Assembly: GCA_048882325.1 (NCBI GenBank)
Contig: JBHLRS010000003.1
Location: forward strand, 64,001-128,000
Length of the DNA: 64,000 nucleotides
Direction of reading: 5' to 3'
From: Candidatus Thorarchaeota archaeon
Lineage (GTDB): Archaea; Asgardarchaeota; Thorarchaeia; Thorarchaeales; Thorarchaeaceae
In this document: positions 1-10,153 of the stretch, one piece after another
Numbering within the stretch: position 1 is the stretch's first letter
Layout of the letters: each line of letters begins with the position of its first letter
Notes under the pieces: model-generated
Seen by the model: the letters and a program-made list of their open reading frames with translations, nothing else
What the model was told of the DNA's origin: nothing
Database searches by the model: none
Translations under genes and position numbers: made by a program

Positions 1-565
1 GTGTAAAGGTACTTGACTCCACCAGAGCTGGAAGTCCAATCTCAACAGGTAGGCCGATGGCTAGTGCATCGCCTCCGAAAATAGTCTTCATTAGAGATTC
101 CTGTACAAGAGGAGGCACAGCTGAAACAGCCATCATTGATCCACTGTCCACATATAGACCAATTGTTGTGTTCTCCCAGGCGCTTGGATCAATTGGAGAA
201 CTATAGTATGATACTATACTATTACCAAATCCTTCAGGTATGACAATAAATGCATCTAGATTACCCTGCAAGAGAGCTGCCTGTCCGGTGGTATTGTCAT
301 CATAGTCTTGAATTACAAAGACTTCTGATGCAGTGAGATTGTCAACAAATGCATATCCCCACTCTGCCTCAGGGCTTGCATCGTCTAAATTCAACAGGCC
401 TATATCAAAACTTGTTGTGGTTCCTTCTCCGATTGCTCCGAATGCGAATCCAAACACGAAGGTCACGACAAGCGGGAATATGATTAGTAGAAAGAGAACG
501 GCTGGCTCCCTTCCGGTCTTCTTCAATTCTTTCTTTGTAAGTGCTAGTATCCGTCTAAGATTCAT
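1..565 (-). CDS. ABC-2 type transporter permease (runs off window start)
   Basis: ATG at 565 just after the ATPase stop. Reads MNLRRILALTKKELKKTGREPAVLFLLIIFP..., a typical ABC-2 permease N-terminus with an extracytoplasmic loop. Confidence 0.85.
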   Translation of the reverse strand, partial: MNLRRILALTKKELKKTGREPAVLFLLIIFPLVVTFVFGFAFGAIGEGTTTSFDIGLLNLDDASPEAEWGYAFVDNLTASEVFVIQDYDDNTTGQAALLQGNLDAFIVIPEGFGNSIVSYYSSPIDPSAWENTTIGLYVDSGSMMAVSAVPPLVQESLMKTIFGGDALAIGLPVEIGLPALVESSTFT

Positions 566-567
566 GA

Positions 568-1314
568 TTATACTTCCTCCCTCAGATTCTTTCCTGTGAG
601 TTTCAGAAACACTTCTTCCAAATCCGAAACTTTATGTTCTTCGATCAGTTCAGTTGGAGTTCCAAGCGCAATTAACCTACCCTCATCGATGATGGCAACT
701 CTGTCGCAAAGTTCCTGAGCCTCCTCCATGTAATGAGTAGTGAGAATGATTGCCTTACCCTGTGCTTTCAATTCACGTATGAATTCCCAGACAGCACGAC
801 GGGATTTTGGGTCCATAGCAACTGTAGGCTCATCTAGCAAAGCAACTTTCGGGTCATTGACCAAAGCCATAAGCATGCTGACTCTACGGATCATACCGCC
901 GCTGTAATCTTTTGCACGTCTCTTGATATGATCCTCCATCCCAATCTTCTCGACCATAGTTTCGATTCGGTCTTTGAGAACGTCCTTAGGTATTAGGTGC
1001 ATCTCTCCGATTAGAGCTATATTCTCTTCACCAGTAAGGAACCGATAGAACGCAGGCTCCTGCGGACAGACACCAATTATCTCACGAACACTCTCTGGGT
1101 CAAAGACCACGTCATGGCCATCAATGACTGCAGAACCATTAGTTGGTTCAATCAGAGTATTGAGAACATTGACTGTGGTGCTCTTCCCAGCACCATTTGG
1201 TCCGAGGATTCCGAACAGCTCGCCCCACCCAATCTCAAGGCTGAGATTGTCGACAGCTGTAATATCATCGAACATTTTTGTTAGATTGCTGATTGTGATA
1301 GCAGATTCTGACAT
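568..1314 (-). CDS. ABC transporter ATP-binding protein (DrrA-like exporter)
   Basis: Walker A GPNGAGKS, signature YSGGM, Walker B LLDEPT, H-loop TTHYMEEA. Confidence 0.95.
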   Translation of the reverse strand: MSESAITISNLTKMFDDITAVDNLSLEIGWGELFGILGPNGAGKSTTVNVLNTLIEPTNGSAVIDGHDVVFDPESVREIIGVCPQEPAFYRFLTGEENIALIGEMHLIPKDVLKDRIETMVEKIGMEDHIKRRAKDYSGGMIRRVSMLMALVNDPKVALLDEPTVAMDPKSRRAVWEFIRELKAQGKAIILTTHYMEEAQELCDRVAIIDEGRLIALGTPTELIEEHKVSDLEEVFLKLTGKNLREEV

Positions 1315-1478
1315 TGTAAATCACGAGAATAACAATGCATAGAATGAATATAAGAAGTGGACAATCTTTGAAACACATCGCAGTTTGTGCCGCAAACTAG
1401 CCTGTGTGACAATAAATCGCTTAATGTTTAAAGGGATGAAGCATTACTTTGGCCACCTGAATTTGGAGGTTTTCCTGA

Positions 1479-2477
1479 TTGCGAGTTCTCATTACAGCTC
1501 CATTCACCAATACTGGAATACGGGAACTACAGGATGCAGGCTTAGAAGTAGACCATAAGAGCTGGTTAGAAACAGGCATGCTTCACATGGGTGGATCACT
1601 TCTCAAGATGGTCAAGGAGGGAAACTATGAGATTGTCATAGTGGAAGGTGATGAGCTGAAGGAGGAAGTTATCAATCAGACTGAACTGAAGTTAATTGGG
1701 TCAGTACGAGGATCCCCCAATAACATCTCTCTCCAAGCCGCAAATGCAAAGAAGATACCCGTGATTGCTGCACCTGGTCGAAATACTATTGCGGTTGCTG
1801 AACATACAATCGCATTGATGCTAGCTCAGGTCAGGAAACTCATAGTGGCAGAACGGTTTCTTAAGAAAGACTTCTTTGTGGATGAATTCAAAGATTTTGC
1901 CAATATGTATTCGACTCTCATGGGAACTGAGCTGTTTGGAAGAACTGTGGGAATAATTGGACTTGGTCAGATTGGGTATGCGGTGGCTAAGCGTCTAAGA
2001 GCTTTTGGTGTGGAGTTACTAGTAGTAGATCCTTATGTTGATGATATGAAGATCAAGGAGGTCGGTGGTAAGCTTGTTGAGCTTAATGAGCTTCTAAGAA
2101 GTTCAGACATCATAACGATTCACTGCAAACCAACTGAAGAAACAATGGGAATGTTAGGTGCAAAAGAGTTTGAAAAAATGAAAAAGACAGCAATCTTGAT
2201 CAATACAGCAAGGGCTTCTATAGTCGATGAATATGCGCTTCGTGATGCTCTGATTAATGGGACCATTGCAGGTGCGGGTTTGGATGTCTTCTCAATGGAG
2301 CCTGTTGATAGTGACAATGAGTTTCTTGAGCTAGACAACGTGACAGTGATGCCTCATATGGGAGGAAATACAGAAGAAACCATTCAGCGTCAATCAAAAA
2401 GCATTGTAACCGGCATCCTAGCTTATCTTAAAGGCGAGAAACCCCCGAACATCTTGAATCCAGAGGTCTTCAATTAG
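1479..2477 (+). CDS. D-isomer-specific 2-hydroxyacid dehydrogenase (SerA-like)
   Basis: GIIGLGQIG Rossmann motif, INTARA, LDVFSMEP, PHMGG. GGAGG upstream of the TTG start. Confidence 0.9.
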   Translation: MRVLITAPFTNTGIRELQDAGLEVDHKSWLETGMLHMGGSLLKMVKEGNYEIVIVEGDELKEEVINQTELKLIGSVRGSPNNISLQAANAKKIPVIAAPGRNTIAVAEHTIALMLAQVRKLIVAERFLKKDFFVDEFKDFANMYSTLMGTELFGRTVGIIGLGQIGYAVAKRLRAFGVELLVVDPYVDDMKIKEVGGKLVELNELLRSSDIITIHCKPTEETMGMLGAKEFEKMKKTAILINTARASIVDEYALRDALINGTIAGAGLDVFSMEPVDSDNEFLELDNVTVMPHMGGNTEETIQRQSKSIVTGILAYLKGEKPPNILNPEVFN

Positions 2478-2487
2478 GGGATTAGCA

Positions 2488-3987
2488 ATGGTAGTAGCAG
2501 CAATCGATGCAGGTACAACAGGAGTCCGATGTATGATTGTTGATGCAAAGGGAAAAACTCCCGGCATCTCAAGAACTTCATGGGACTATACTACACCTCC
2601 TGACTTTGAGATTGCTAAGGACTTCAATCCGGCTGACTTCTGGAAGCTTGTTTGCTCTGTCATTAAAGGAGCAATCAAGAATTCAGGAATCAAAACCTCA
2701 GATCTTAGAGCTGTGGCAACCACCAGTCAAAGACATGGTATTGTCTTACTGGATTCCAAGGGGAAGGAGCTTCATGGCTGTCCTAATATTGATGCACGTG
2801 GAGCAATGACTCAGTATCTTGTCGATGAATCTCTCGGTGTCACATATCATGAGATTACAGGATGTTGGCCCCCAATGATGTTTGCACCATCAAGACTTAG
2901 CTGGTTTGAGGAAGAAAAACCCGAGCTTTACCGGGAAATTGCACATCTTCTACCAATCTGTGATTGGATTACATACAGACTCTCCGGGATGTATGTGACA
3001 GACACTTCATCTGCAAGTGCTACTGGTTTTCTTGATGTCCGAACCAACAAATGGAGTGAAGAGGTTGCCTCTTCTCTGAGCATAGATCTGAGTATTCTCC
3101 CTGAGATTCACCAGGTGGGTGAAGTGGTCGGCGAGGTGACAGCAGAGGCTGAGAAAGAGATCGGTCTGCCTAAAGGTCTCCCTGTTGTTCAAGCTGGCGC
3201 AGATACACATTGTGCCCTTCTCGCGAGCCAGTCGCAGGTTGGTGAAATCACAGTCATTGCAGGCAGTACTGCACCTGTGCTGATGATTCTTGACAAGCAT
3301 CTCTGCGTACCAGAGCAAAAAATCTGGACTGGAACTCATGTGATTGAAGGTCAATGGGTTCTTGAAAGTAATGCCACATTGACAGGAGCAGTTTTGGAGT
3401 GGGTTGTTCAACTCCTCTGTGAAAGGGCTGAAGATCCGGTGAAATGTAGAAAGAAAACATTTGACGACCTTGATGATTTACTTGCTAACATACCACCTGG
3501 TAGTGACGAAACCCTTGTCACTCTCGGCCCAAGTATCATGGACGCTCAACAAATTGCTGATGTGAAACAAGCACGGATGATGTTCCCACAACCAGCATTA
3601 CCACAGGTCATCCCTTTGGATGCCCCAAGAATGATACACGCAGTTCTTGAGAATATAGCCTTTGCAATCCGTGGCAATGTAGAACAACTTGATGAATACA
3701 GTCAATCAATTGGAATAAAGGCAATTGGAGGAATGACCCAGTCGAATATCTGGCCGCAGCTCTTAGCGAATGTTTTGAACAGACCAGTATTGACCCCTAT
3801 ACAATCTGAGGGAAGCCTTATGGGGGCTGCAATATGTGCCACAATTGGAGCTGGTTATTACTCATCAGTGACAGATGCAGCAAATGCAATGGTTCGTTGG
3901 AGACCAACCTTTGAACCTGATGAACGCGCAGAACGATATAATCGATATTACTCAAAATGGAACGACCTGTGGTGCAATGGTGATTGA
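2488..3987 (+). CDS. FGGY-family carbohydrate kinase (LsrK/xylulokinase-like)
   Basis: IDAGTTGVR, TTSQRHGIVLLD, NIDARG, AGADT, GGMTQSNIWPQLLANVL. Confidence 0.9.
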   Translation: MVVAAIDAGTTGVRCMIVDAKGKTPGISRTSWDYTTPPDFEIAKDFNPADFWKLVCSVIKGAIKNSGIKTSDLRAVATTSQRHGIVLLDSKGKELHGCPNIDARGAMTQYLVDESLGVTYHEITGCWPPMMFAPSRLSWFEEEKPELYREIAHLLPICDWITYRLSGMYVTDTSSASATGFLDVRTNKWSEEVASSLSIDLSILPEIHQVGEVVGEVTAEAEKEIGLPKGLPVVQAGADTHCALLASQSQVGEITVIAGSTAPVLMILDKHLCVPEQKIWTGTHVIEGQWVLESNATLTGAVLEWVVQLLCERAEDPVKCRKKTFDDLDDLLANIPPGSDETLVTLGPSIMDAQQIADVKQARMMFPQPALPQVIPLDAPRMIHAVLENIAFAIRGNVEQLDEYSQSIGIKAIGGMTQSNIWPQLLANVLNRPVLTPIQSEGSLMGAAICATIGAGYYSSVTDAANAMVRWRPTFEPDERAERYNRYYSKWNDLWCNGD

Positions 3988-3988
3988 A

Positions 3989-4624
3989 ATGTATGAGAAG
4001 GAGAAGAAGGAACTACTTGACATCTGCCTTGAGATGATCAAGCATGACTTGGTCATAGGCTCTTCAGGAAATGCGAGCTTGCGAGTTGGGGATCATGTTG
4101 TAATCTCTCCAAGTTCCGTTCATTACGCTGAAATGACCGTGGACGATGTTGTCGTCATCGACCTTGAGGGAAATGAGGTTGAAGGAACGAGAAATCCCAG
4201 TGTGGAGACACCAATGCATCTTGAGATCTATAATAATCGAAATAATGCTCTAGCGGTTGTACATACTCACAGCCTGTTTGCATCAGCTATGGCGATTCTT
4301 CATGAACCACTACCCCCAATTCTTGATGAGATAGTTCCCAAGATTGGGGCTGGGATTCGAGTCAGCAAGTACGCAATGCCCGGCACGAAACAGCTAGGAA
4401 AGAATGTTGTCGAAGTTCTTGAAGAACGAAGTGCTGCTCTAATTGCAAATCATGGCTCTGTGTGTATCGCAAAGACCCTGAAAGACGCACTCTTTCTCTC
4501 TATCCTCCTTGAACGAGCTTGCAAGATTTACATGACTGCTAAGCAGGTAGGAAAACCAATTGAACTCCCTGAGGATGTCGTTGAGGATGAGCAGGATATC
4601 TGGGAGATGATGCAGGAATTCTAA
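3989..4624 (+). CDS. Class II aldolase/adducin family (FucA-like)
   Basis: GNASLR, PSVE..MH, HTHS, NHG metal ligands. Start set at ATG 3989 after a GGTGA SD. Confidence 0.9.
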   Translation: MYEKEKKELLDICLEMIKHDLVIGSSGNASLRVGDHVVISPSSVHYAEMTVDDVVVIDLEGNEVEGTRNPSVETPMHLEIYNNRNNALAVVHTHSLFASAMAILHEPLPPILDEIVPKIGAGIRVSKYAMPGTKQLGKNVVEVLEERSAALIANHGSVCIAKTLKDALFLSILLERACKIYMTAKQVGKPIELPEDVVEDEQDIWEMMQEF

Positions 4625-4634
4625 GGGTGATAAG

Positions 4635-6416
4635 ATGTCCGGCTTCATTGGTCGAATCTTAGTCGCAGACTTATCGAGAGAGGAGATTGGTATCATTGAG
4701 ATTGACAAATCCATAGCGACTCACTTCCTCGGCGGGAGTGGTTATGCTGCACGTCTGCTTTATGACTATCTGGATTCCAATGTCGATCCTCTTGGTCCTG
4801 ACAATATTTTACTCTTCATGACAGGTCCTTTGACTGGGACGCTTGCTCCTTGCACTGGGCGTCATGTTGTATGCGGAAAATCTCCAATAACGAACCTCTG
4901 GGGTGAGTCGCATGTGGGCGGACACTTTGGAGCGTTTCTGAAATTCTCAGAATTTGATGGAGTAATGATTAAGGGTTGCGCCAAGAAACCAGTAACATTG
5001 CACATCGATGGCGGGAAAGGTGTACTACGCTCTGCTGAAAACCTATGGGGTAGGATGACTGGACCAACTCAAAAGTCATTGAAGGATGAACTTGGAAGAG
5101 TCCAAGTTGCGTGTATTGGGCCTGCAGGTGAAAATCTGGTCAAATTCGCCAGTATTGTCACCAATGAACGAGTTTCTGCACGATGTGGCTTAGGAGCTGT
5201 AATGGGCTCAAAGAAGCTCAAGGCTATCGCGGTTGGTGGTAGGACCAAAGTGCCTATTCACTCGCTTCAACAGTTTGAAGAACTTGCGCAGTCTTCGAGA
5301 AAGACACTCGGTGAAGCCATGTCAATGCTTAGTGATCAGGGTACAGCAATGTATGTTGACATTGCCATGATGTTCAATGATATACCGATTAAATATTTTC
5401 AAGAGATTGAGTTTGATGATATAGATTTGATCAATGCACAGTCCATGAAGGAGATTCTAACAGGACGGATTGCATGTTACTCCTGTCCCATTGGTTGCGG
5501 AAGAAAGGTTTCAGTCCCAGAATACGAACTGAATGATGTTGGTGGACCTGAGTTTCAAACAATTGCTTCGTTTGGTTCCAACTTACTAATCTCTGATTTA
5601 AAGAAGATAGCACTCATGAATACACTATGCAATCAATATGGGATGGATACAATAAGCTGTGGAAGTACCATTGCTTTTGCTACATATCTGTGCGATCTTG
5701 GAAAGGCGGATTATGGATTCACTTGGGGGAATCCTGACAAAGTCATTGAAACAATCCACACTATCGCCAAAAGAGAAGGTGTTGGTGATCTATTGGCTGA
5801 GGGATCTGTGTCCCTCGCTAGAAGACACTCGGCTGAGGATTCTGTACTTCATGTGAGAGGTATGGAGATTCCAAATCATGACCCAAGAGCTTTCTCTGGA
5901 ATGGCTACAGTATACACCACTGCTTCCCGAGGAGCTTCTCACATGGAGGGTGACATGTATTCAGTAGACATGGGGCAGGAATTTCGAGAGTTAGGCATTA
6001 ATGCGGGTGACCGACTAGAGAATGACAACAAAGGTATAACAGCTGCAAGAACTCAGGATTTCAGAGCTTTCTTTGACTCCGTGATAATGTGTCAATTTGC
6101 CATTGTTCCACCAGAAAAAATCATTGAACTGGTCAATCTCGCAACCGGCTTCTCCCTCACTCTTAACGACATCCTAGTCATTGGATCTCGAGCGGTCACC
6201 ATGAAACGATTATTCAACCTCAAGTGTGGTCTGAAGACAGAAGATGAGAAACTTCCTAGAGCATTGTTGACCCCCCATCCTGATAGTGTCACTGATGACT
6301 TTGTACCCGATGTTGAAGCTCAACTGGATGAATATTATGCATACCGGCGGTGGAACAGAAAAACAGGTCGTCCGTCTACGGAAGCACTTGAAGATCTAGG
6401 ATTATCACATCTATAG
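4635..6416 (+). CDS. aor: Tungsten aldehyde:ferredoxin oxidoreductase family protein
   Basis: CIGPAGENLV, GLGAVMGSKKLKAI, CYSCPIGC, GMDTISCG, HDPR motifs. Confidence 0.92.
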   Translation: MSGFIGRILVADLSREEIGIIEIDKSIATHFLGGSGYAARLLYDYLDSNVDPLGPDNILLFMTGPLTGTLAPCTGRHVVCGKSPITNLWGESHVGGHFGAFLKFSEFDGVMIKGCAKKPVTLHIDGGKGVLRSAENLWGRMTGPTQKSLKDELGRVQVACIGPAGENLVKFASIVTNERVSARCGLGAVMGSKKLKAIAVGGRTKVPIHSLQQFEELAQSSRKTLGEAMSMLSDQGTAMYVDIAMMFNDIPIKYFQEIEFDDIDLINAQSMKEILTGRIACYSCPIGCGRKVSVPEYELNDVGGPEFQTIASFGSNLLISDLKKIALMNTLCNQYGMDTISCGSTIAFATYLCDLGKADYGFTWGNPDKVIETIHTIAKREGVGDLLAEGSVSLARRHSAEDSVLHVRGMEIPNHDPRAFSGMATVYTTASRGASHMEGDMYSVDMGQEFRELGINAGDRLENDNKGITAARTQDFRAFFDSVIMCQFAIVPPEKIIELVNLATGFSLTLNDILVIGSRAVTMKRLFNLKCGLKTEDEKLPRALLTPHPDSVTDDFVPDVEAQLDEYYAYRRWNRKTGRPSTEALEDLGLSHL

Positions 6417-6464
6417 TTCCTCATCCGATAGCTTATTCCGTCGGGTAACTAGGAACAAGTAACG

Positions 6465-7406
6465 GTGATTGCAATCCAGACAATCGATGTTCTAATTATC
6501 CAGATAGTCATTTTCTACGGATTCATCCTTGCAGGCTATCTGGTAGCTCGATTGTCGAGAAAGGGTCAGGTTGCGAACAAATATCTCAGCTCATTACTCA
6601 TCAATATACTCGTCCCAATTCTTGTATTCTATGCTCTTCTAACACCAACTCCCATATCGCTATCATTCAATGAGATTGTACTCTTCATTGTGATTGCTAT
6701 TGTTATTCACCTTCTTGGTCCCTCTTTGTTATATCTCCGCTTTCGTAGAGTGGAAATGGAAAATCAAACCAAAGGAGCCCTCTACCTTTGTTCGACCTTC
6801 ACCAATGCTCTTTTTGTACCCTTACCTCTTGCACTGATTTTCTTGGGTTCTATTGCGATGCCATTTGTGATACTGTTTTCATTGACACAGATGGTCCTTC
6901 TCGTCAGTATTGGATCTCTCATAGGATCAACATTTAGTGAGAAGGAAACTGGCCCAAAGAGAATAGTTGAAGATATGATTACATTTCCCCCCCTCCTAGC
7001 GGCAATTCTATCCCTTATTCTCATTGGATTGAATGTTAGACTTCCTGAAGACATAGCTCTAATTCTGTCATTGAACTCGCCATTAACCACGTACCTCGCA
7101 CTTGTTTCGGTAGGTTTAGGTATCGGAATCAGTTTTTCTCTAACCAATATTCGGACTTCACTGAACGTTGTAGCAGTCCGTCAACTAATAGTCCCACTAT
7201 TGGTCATTCCTCTAGTCTTGCTTTCAACCCTACCTACGGTCCCCTTACAGGTACTTTTCTTGGAGGCCCTAATGCCTCCCGCGATACTAACGGTGGTCTA
7301 TGCTTCGGAATTTGATTTGAATGTTGAGATCGCTGCTACAACAGTTACTATAGGCACACTCCTCCTCTTGCTCCTTATCCCAATTCTTTTACTCCTCTTT
7401 GGGTAA
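6465..7406 (+). CDS. AEC (auxin efflux carrier) family transporter
   Basis: About 10 TM segments. N..F.PLP, FPPLLA and EALMPPA motifs. Confidence 0.85.
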   Translation: MIAIQTIDVLIIQIVIFYGFILAGYLVARLSRKGQVANKYLSSLLINILVPILVFYALLTPTPISLSFNEIVLFIVIAIVIHLLGPSLLYLRFRRVEMENQTKGALYLCSTFTNALFVPLPLALIFLGSIAMPFVILFSLTQMVLLVSIGSLIGSTFSEKETGPKRIVEDMITFPPLLAAILSLILIGLNVRLPEDIALILSLNSPLTTYLALVSVGLGIGISFSLTNIRTSLNVVAVRQLIVPLLVIPLVLLSTLPTVPLQVLFLEALMPPAILTVVYASEFDLNVEIAATTVTIGTLLLLLLIPILLLLFG

Positions 7407-7463
7407 ACATTTCATGCGCAAACTGAAGGCATATATCAAGTCGATATACAAGAACCAAGACTG

Positions 7464-7793
7464 GTGAGTACCTTGGATGAGCGTGAATCTGAAGAAACCA
7501 ATAATCCGGATGAGATAAAGAAGTCACTTGACGACATAGTCAAGAAGCTCGATCAGGACTCTAATGCAAGCAAGAGCTGGGGTGCCTCAGTGTCTTCTCA
7601 TCGTGATGAATGGGAAGAGCTGAAGACGAAGATTCACGATAGGCAAAAAGCACTGAAGCAGTTAGTTGCTGACAAGAGGGCTGGAATAATTGGCATTGAC
7701 GAGTTTAATGAGAAATACAAGAAGATCCAGGATGAACTAACCGAACTTGAGTTTGCAGTCTACAATATGAGGCTTGGAACCAAAGTTCAATGA
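7464..7793 (+). CDS. Hypothetical coiled-coil protein with SHOCT-like segment
   Basis: Charged helical ORF. LVADKRAGIIGIDEFNEKYKKI resembles a SHOCT motif. Confidence 0.6.
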   Translation: MSTLDERESEETNNPDEIKKSLDDIVKKLDQDSNASKSWGASVSSHRDEWEELKTKIHDRQKALKQLVADKRAGIIGIDEFNEKYKKIQDELTELEFAVYNMRLGTKVQ

Positions 7794-7803
7794 TATGACT
7801 ACC

Positions 7804-8856
7804 TCATTCAGCACGAGCTCGCATCACCAAAAGTGCTGACTCGATTGCTACCATGATACCAAGTATACCTGATAGTGCAGCTAGACTGAGGTTCACAGTG
7901 TTGTCGATGATATCCTTTGGTCCTTCCTCAATTCCCACAATTAGAGCTGCAAGATTGAAATCCATCATCCAGATATAATTGGATTCCGCAAAAGATATGG
8001 TCTTCCACCAGACCAATATTCCACCGTAATCTGCCTGCAACTGGTATGCAAACTCTCCACTTGCTTGTAACTTCGCCACATCTGAACCAATGATGAGGTC
8101 AATACTCCCATTTCTGATTGCTTGTTGAACTTCAAAGAGTTTTGCTCCTGATATTGTGGTTTCCTCAATTTGAAGAACCGCATCTGTTGTAATCCCAAAC
8201 GCTTTAGCGACATATGCTTCTGCTGGAAAGGCGACCACGGCATGCATGTCCGAAAAGCCATACATATCATCAAGAGACTCGATCTTGTCTTTCAGCTCGC
8301 GGATGGACTCCTCAAACACCATGAAATTCGTGTTCCACTCGTCTGACAACGAACTATTGAGAGTAGTCAATGCTGCTCGGGTGGCATTTGCCACAGCCAA
8401 TGCATTTTCAGGGAGTAGCCAAAATCCATGAGGATTTCCCTGATGATCTTGCTCTTCCAGTTCCTCACCAGGCATTGGTGAATATTCAGCTCCATACTCC
8501 TCATAGTTCTCCATAGCTCCATCACTATGGAACGTGATGTAAGGCGTCGATGTCAGGTTAGCTAATTCTTCCTCCCAGTGAAAATGCCCTGTAAAGACAA
8601 GTAAATCGGCCGCATTTGCACTTGCGATGATTTCAGGAGTTATTGAGAATGCATGAGGTTCTGTTTCTTGCTCTAGCAAGACTGTTGTGTTATAGCGTGA
8701 ACCGCCAATTACCTGAACAATCCCCGCCAGAGAGGAAACTGAAACTCCAATACTAGGTGAATTTGTAGTCTGGGCATTGCCCTCGATAGTCACTCCACTC
8801 ATTATGATGGGTAATAGAAACAGAATGAGTGGGACTATTGACACTTTCCTCCGCAT
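7804..8856 (-). CDS. Metal ABC transporter substrate-binding protein (ZnuA/TroA family)
   Basis: Signal peptide, EPHAF, ADLLVFTG, NPHGFWLLPENA, C-terminal TM anchor. Confidence 0.9.
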   Translation of the reverse strand: MRRKVSIVPLILFLLPIIMSGVTIEGNAQTTNSPSIGVSVSSLAGIVQVIGGSRYNTTVLLEQETEPHAFSITPEIIASANAADLLVFTGHFHWEEELANLTSTPYITFHSDGAMENYEEYGAEYSPMPGEELEEQDHQGNPHGFWLLPENALAVANATRAALTTLNSSLSDEWNTNFMVFEESIRELKDKIESLDDMYGFSDMHAVVAFPAEAYVAKAFGITTDAVLQIEETTISGAKLFEVQQAIRNGSIDLIIGSDVAKLQASGEFAYQLQADYGGILVWWKTISFAESNYIWMMDFNLAALIVGIEEGPKDIIDNTVNLSLAALSGILGIMVAIESALLVMRARAE

Positions 8857-8893
8857 TGTATCAATCTCTCCTGCACATCATCTAGCCAAATCC

Positions 8894-8921
8894 TTAATAA
8901 CAATTATGAAATAGTTACTAA
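8894..8921. promoter_or_regulatory. Candidate ribbon-helix-helix operator between divergent SBP and regulator genes
   Basis: Imperfect inverted repeat TTAATAAC-N12-GTTACTAA (7/8 match) in the AT-rich divergent promoter. Confidence 0.45.
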
Positions 8922-8945
8922 TCGAATCTATTTGGGGTGCTATTG

Positions 8946-9350
8946 TTGCCTTTCAAACCTATTGCTTTCTCCATGACAGAAGAAGACCTTGAGGAGCTCG
9001 AATTTCTCAAGAAGGCTGGTGAATTCTCAAATCGGTCTGATGTGGTCCGGCATGCAGTCAAAGCACTAATGTCAGAATATAGAAAAATCGAAAGCGCTCA
9101 GGGAGTCGTCACTGCAGTGTTCACAGCACTCTATTACAAAAAAGGGCAAGGTCACAACATCCGCACTGTTCAACACGAATTCAAGGATCAAATTTCAGCA
9201 ACAATTCATTCTCACACAGATGAGGGCTCTTGTATCGAAGTAATGATTGTCACAGCAAAAGCTGATATCGTGCGTGACTTTCTCAAAAAGCTCCGAGCTC
9301 AAAAGAAAGTTCAGAAAGTAGAAGCACACCTCATCGGAGGGAGCAATTGA
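8946..9350 (+). CDS. NikR-family metal-responsive regulator
   Basis: N-terminal RHH (FSNRSDVVRHAV) and C-terminal metal site QHEF...IHSH...C. Confidence 0.88.
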   Translation: MPFKPIAFSMTEEDLEELEFLKKAGEFSNRSDVVRHAVKALMSEYRKIESAQGVVTAVFTALYYKKGQGHNIRTVQHEFKDQISATIHSHTDEGSCIEVMIVTAKADIVRDFLKKLRAQKKVQKVEAHLIGGSN

Positions 9351-10153
9351 TGGCATCTGTTCATCTGTTTGATGCACAAGATCTAGCAGTTCGTTATCCG
9401 AATGGTGAGCTCGCACTGCATGATGTTTCATTTAAGATAAAGTCTCCAAGTTTCATGGCCATAATTGGACCAAATGGCTCTGGAAAATCTACTTTGATAA
9501 AGGCCTCTCTAGGACTTATCAAACTCTTCAAAGGAAGCATCAAAGTCAGCGGTCATGATTCTGTAAAAAACGCAGGTAAGATCAGAAAGATTGTGAGATA
9601 TGTACCCCAACGAGACCGTATTGAACTAACTGTACCTATGAAGGTAAAAGATATTGTTCTTATGGGTAGACTTCTGAAGAAACTTCCACCTCGGTTTACG
9701 ACATCCAAGGACATCAAAAACGCGAGAGAGGCATTGGAGCAGGTAGATATGATTGATTTGTGGGATCGGCCATTCCCAGAACTATCAGGTGGTCAAAGAC
9801 AGAGAGTCCTAGTGGCTCGAGCTTTGGCAAGCGATGGTTCTATCCTTGTGCTTGATGAGCCTCTAGCTGGTACAGATGTTGAGAGTCAGGACTTAATTGT
9901 AGACGCGCTGGGTAGATATCATAAGGAAAATGATGTCAGTATTGTGATGGTAACACATGACCTTAATCCAATACATACTCTTGTGCAGGATGTTTTGCTT
10001 CTCAAGAACACTGTGATCGGAATTGGTGAGCCTTGCTCAGTCATGGATCCCGAACTGATGAAACTGGTATATGGTCCAACTGCAAGAATAGTAGAGCATT
10101 CAGGACATCGTTACTGTGTGACCCGTGACTCAGGAATTGATCGTCATGATTGA
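9350..10153 (+). CDS. Metal ABC transporter ATPase (ZnuC-like)
   Basis: GPNGSGKS, YVPQ, LSGGQRQR, LDEP, VTHD. Confidence 0.92.
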   Translation: MASVHLFDAQDLAVRYPNGELALHDVSFKIKSPSFMAIIGPNGSGKSTLIKASLGLIKLFKGSIKVSGHDSVKNAGKIRKIVRYVPQRDRIELTVPMKVKDIVLMGRLLKKLPPRFTTSKDIKNAREALEQVDMIDLWDRPFPELSGGQRQRVLVARALASDGSILVLDEPLAGTDVESQDLIVDALGRYHKENDVSIVMVTHDLNPIHTLVQDVLLLKNTVIGIGEPCSVMDPELMKLVYGPTARIVEHSGHRYCVTRDSGIDRHD

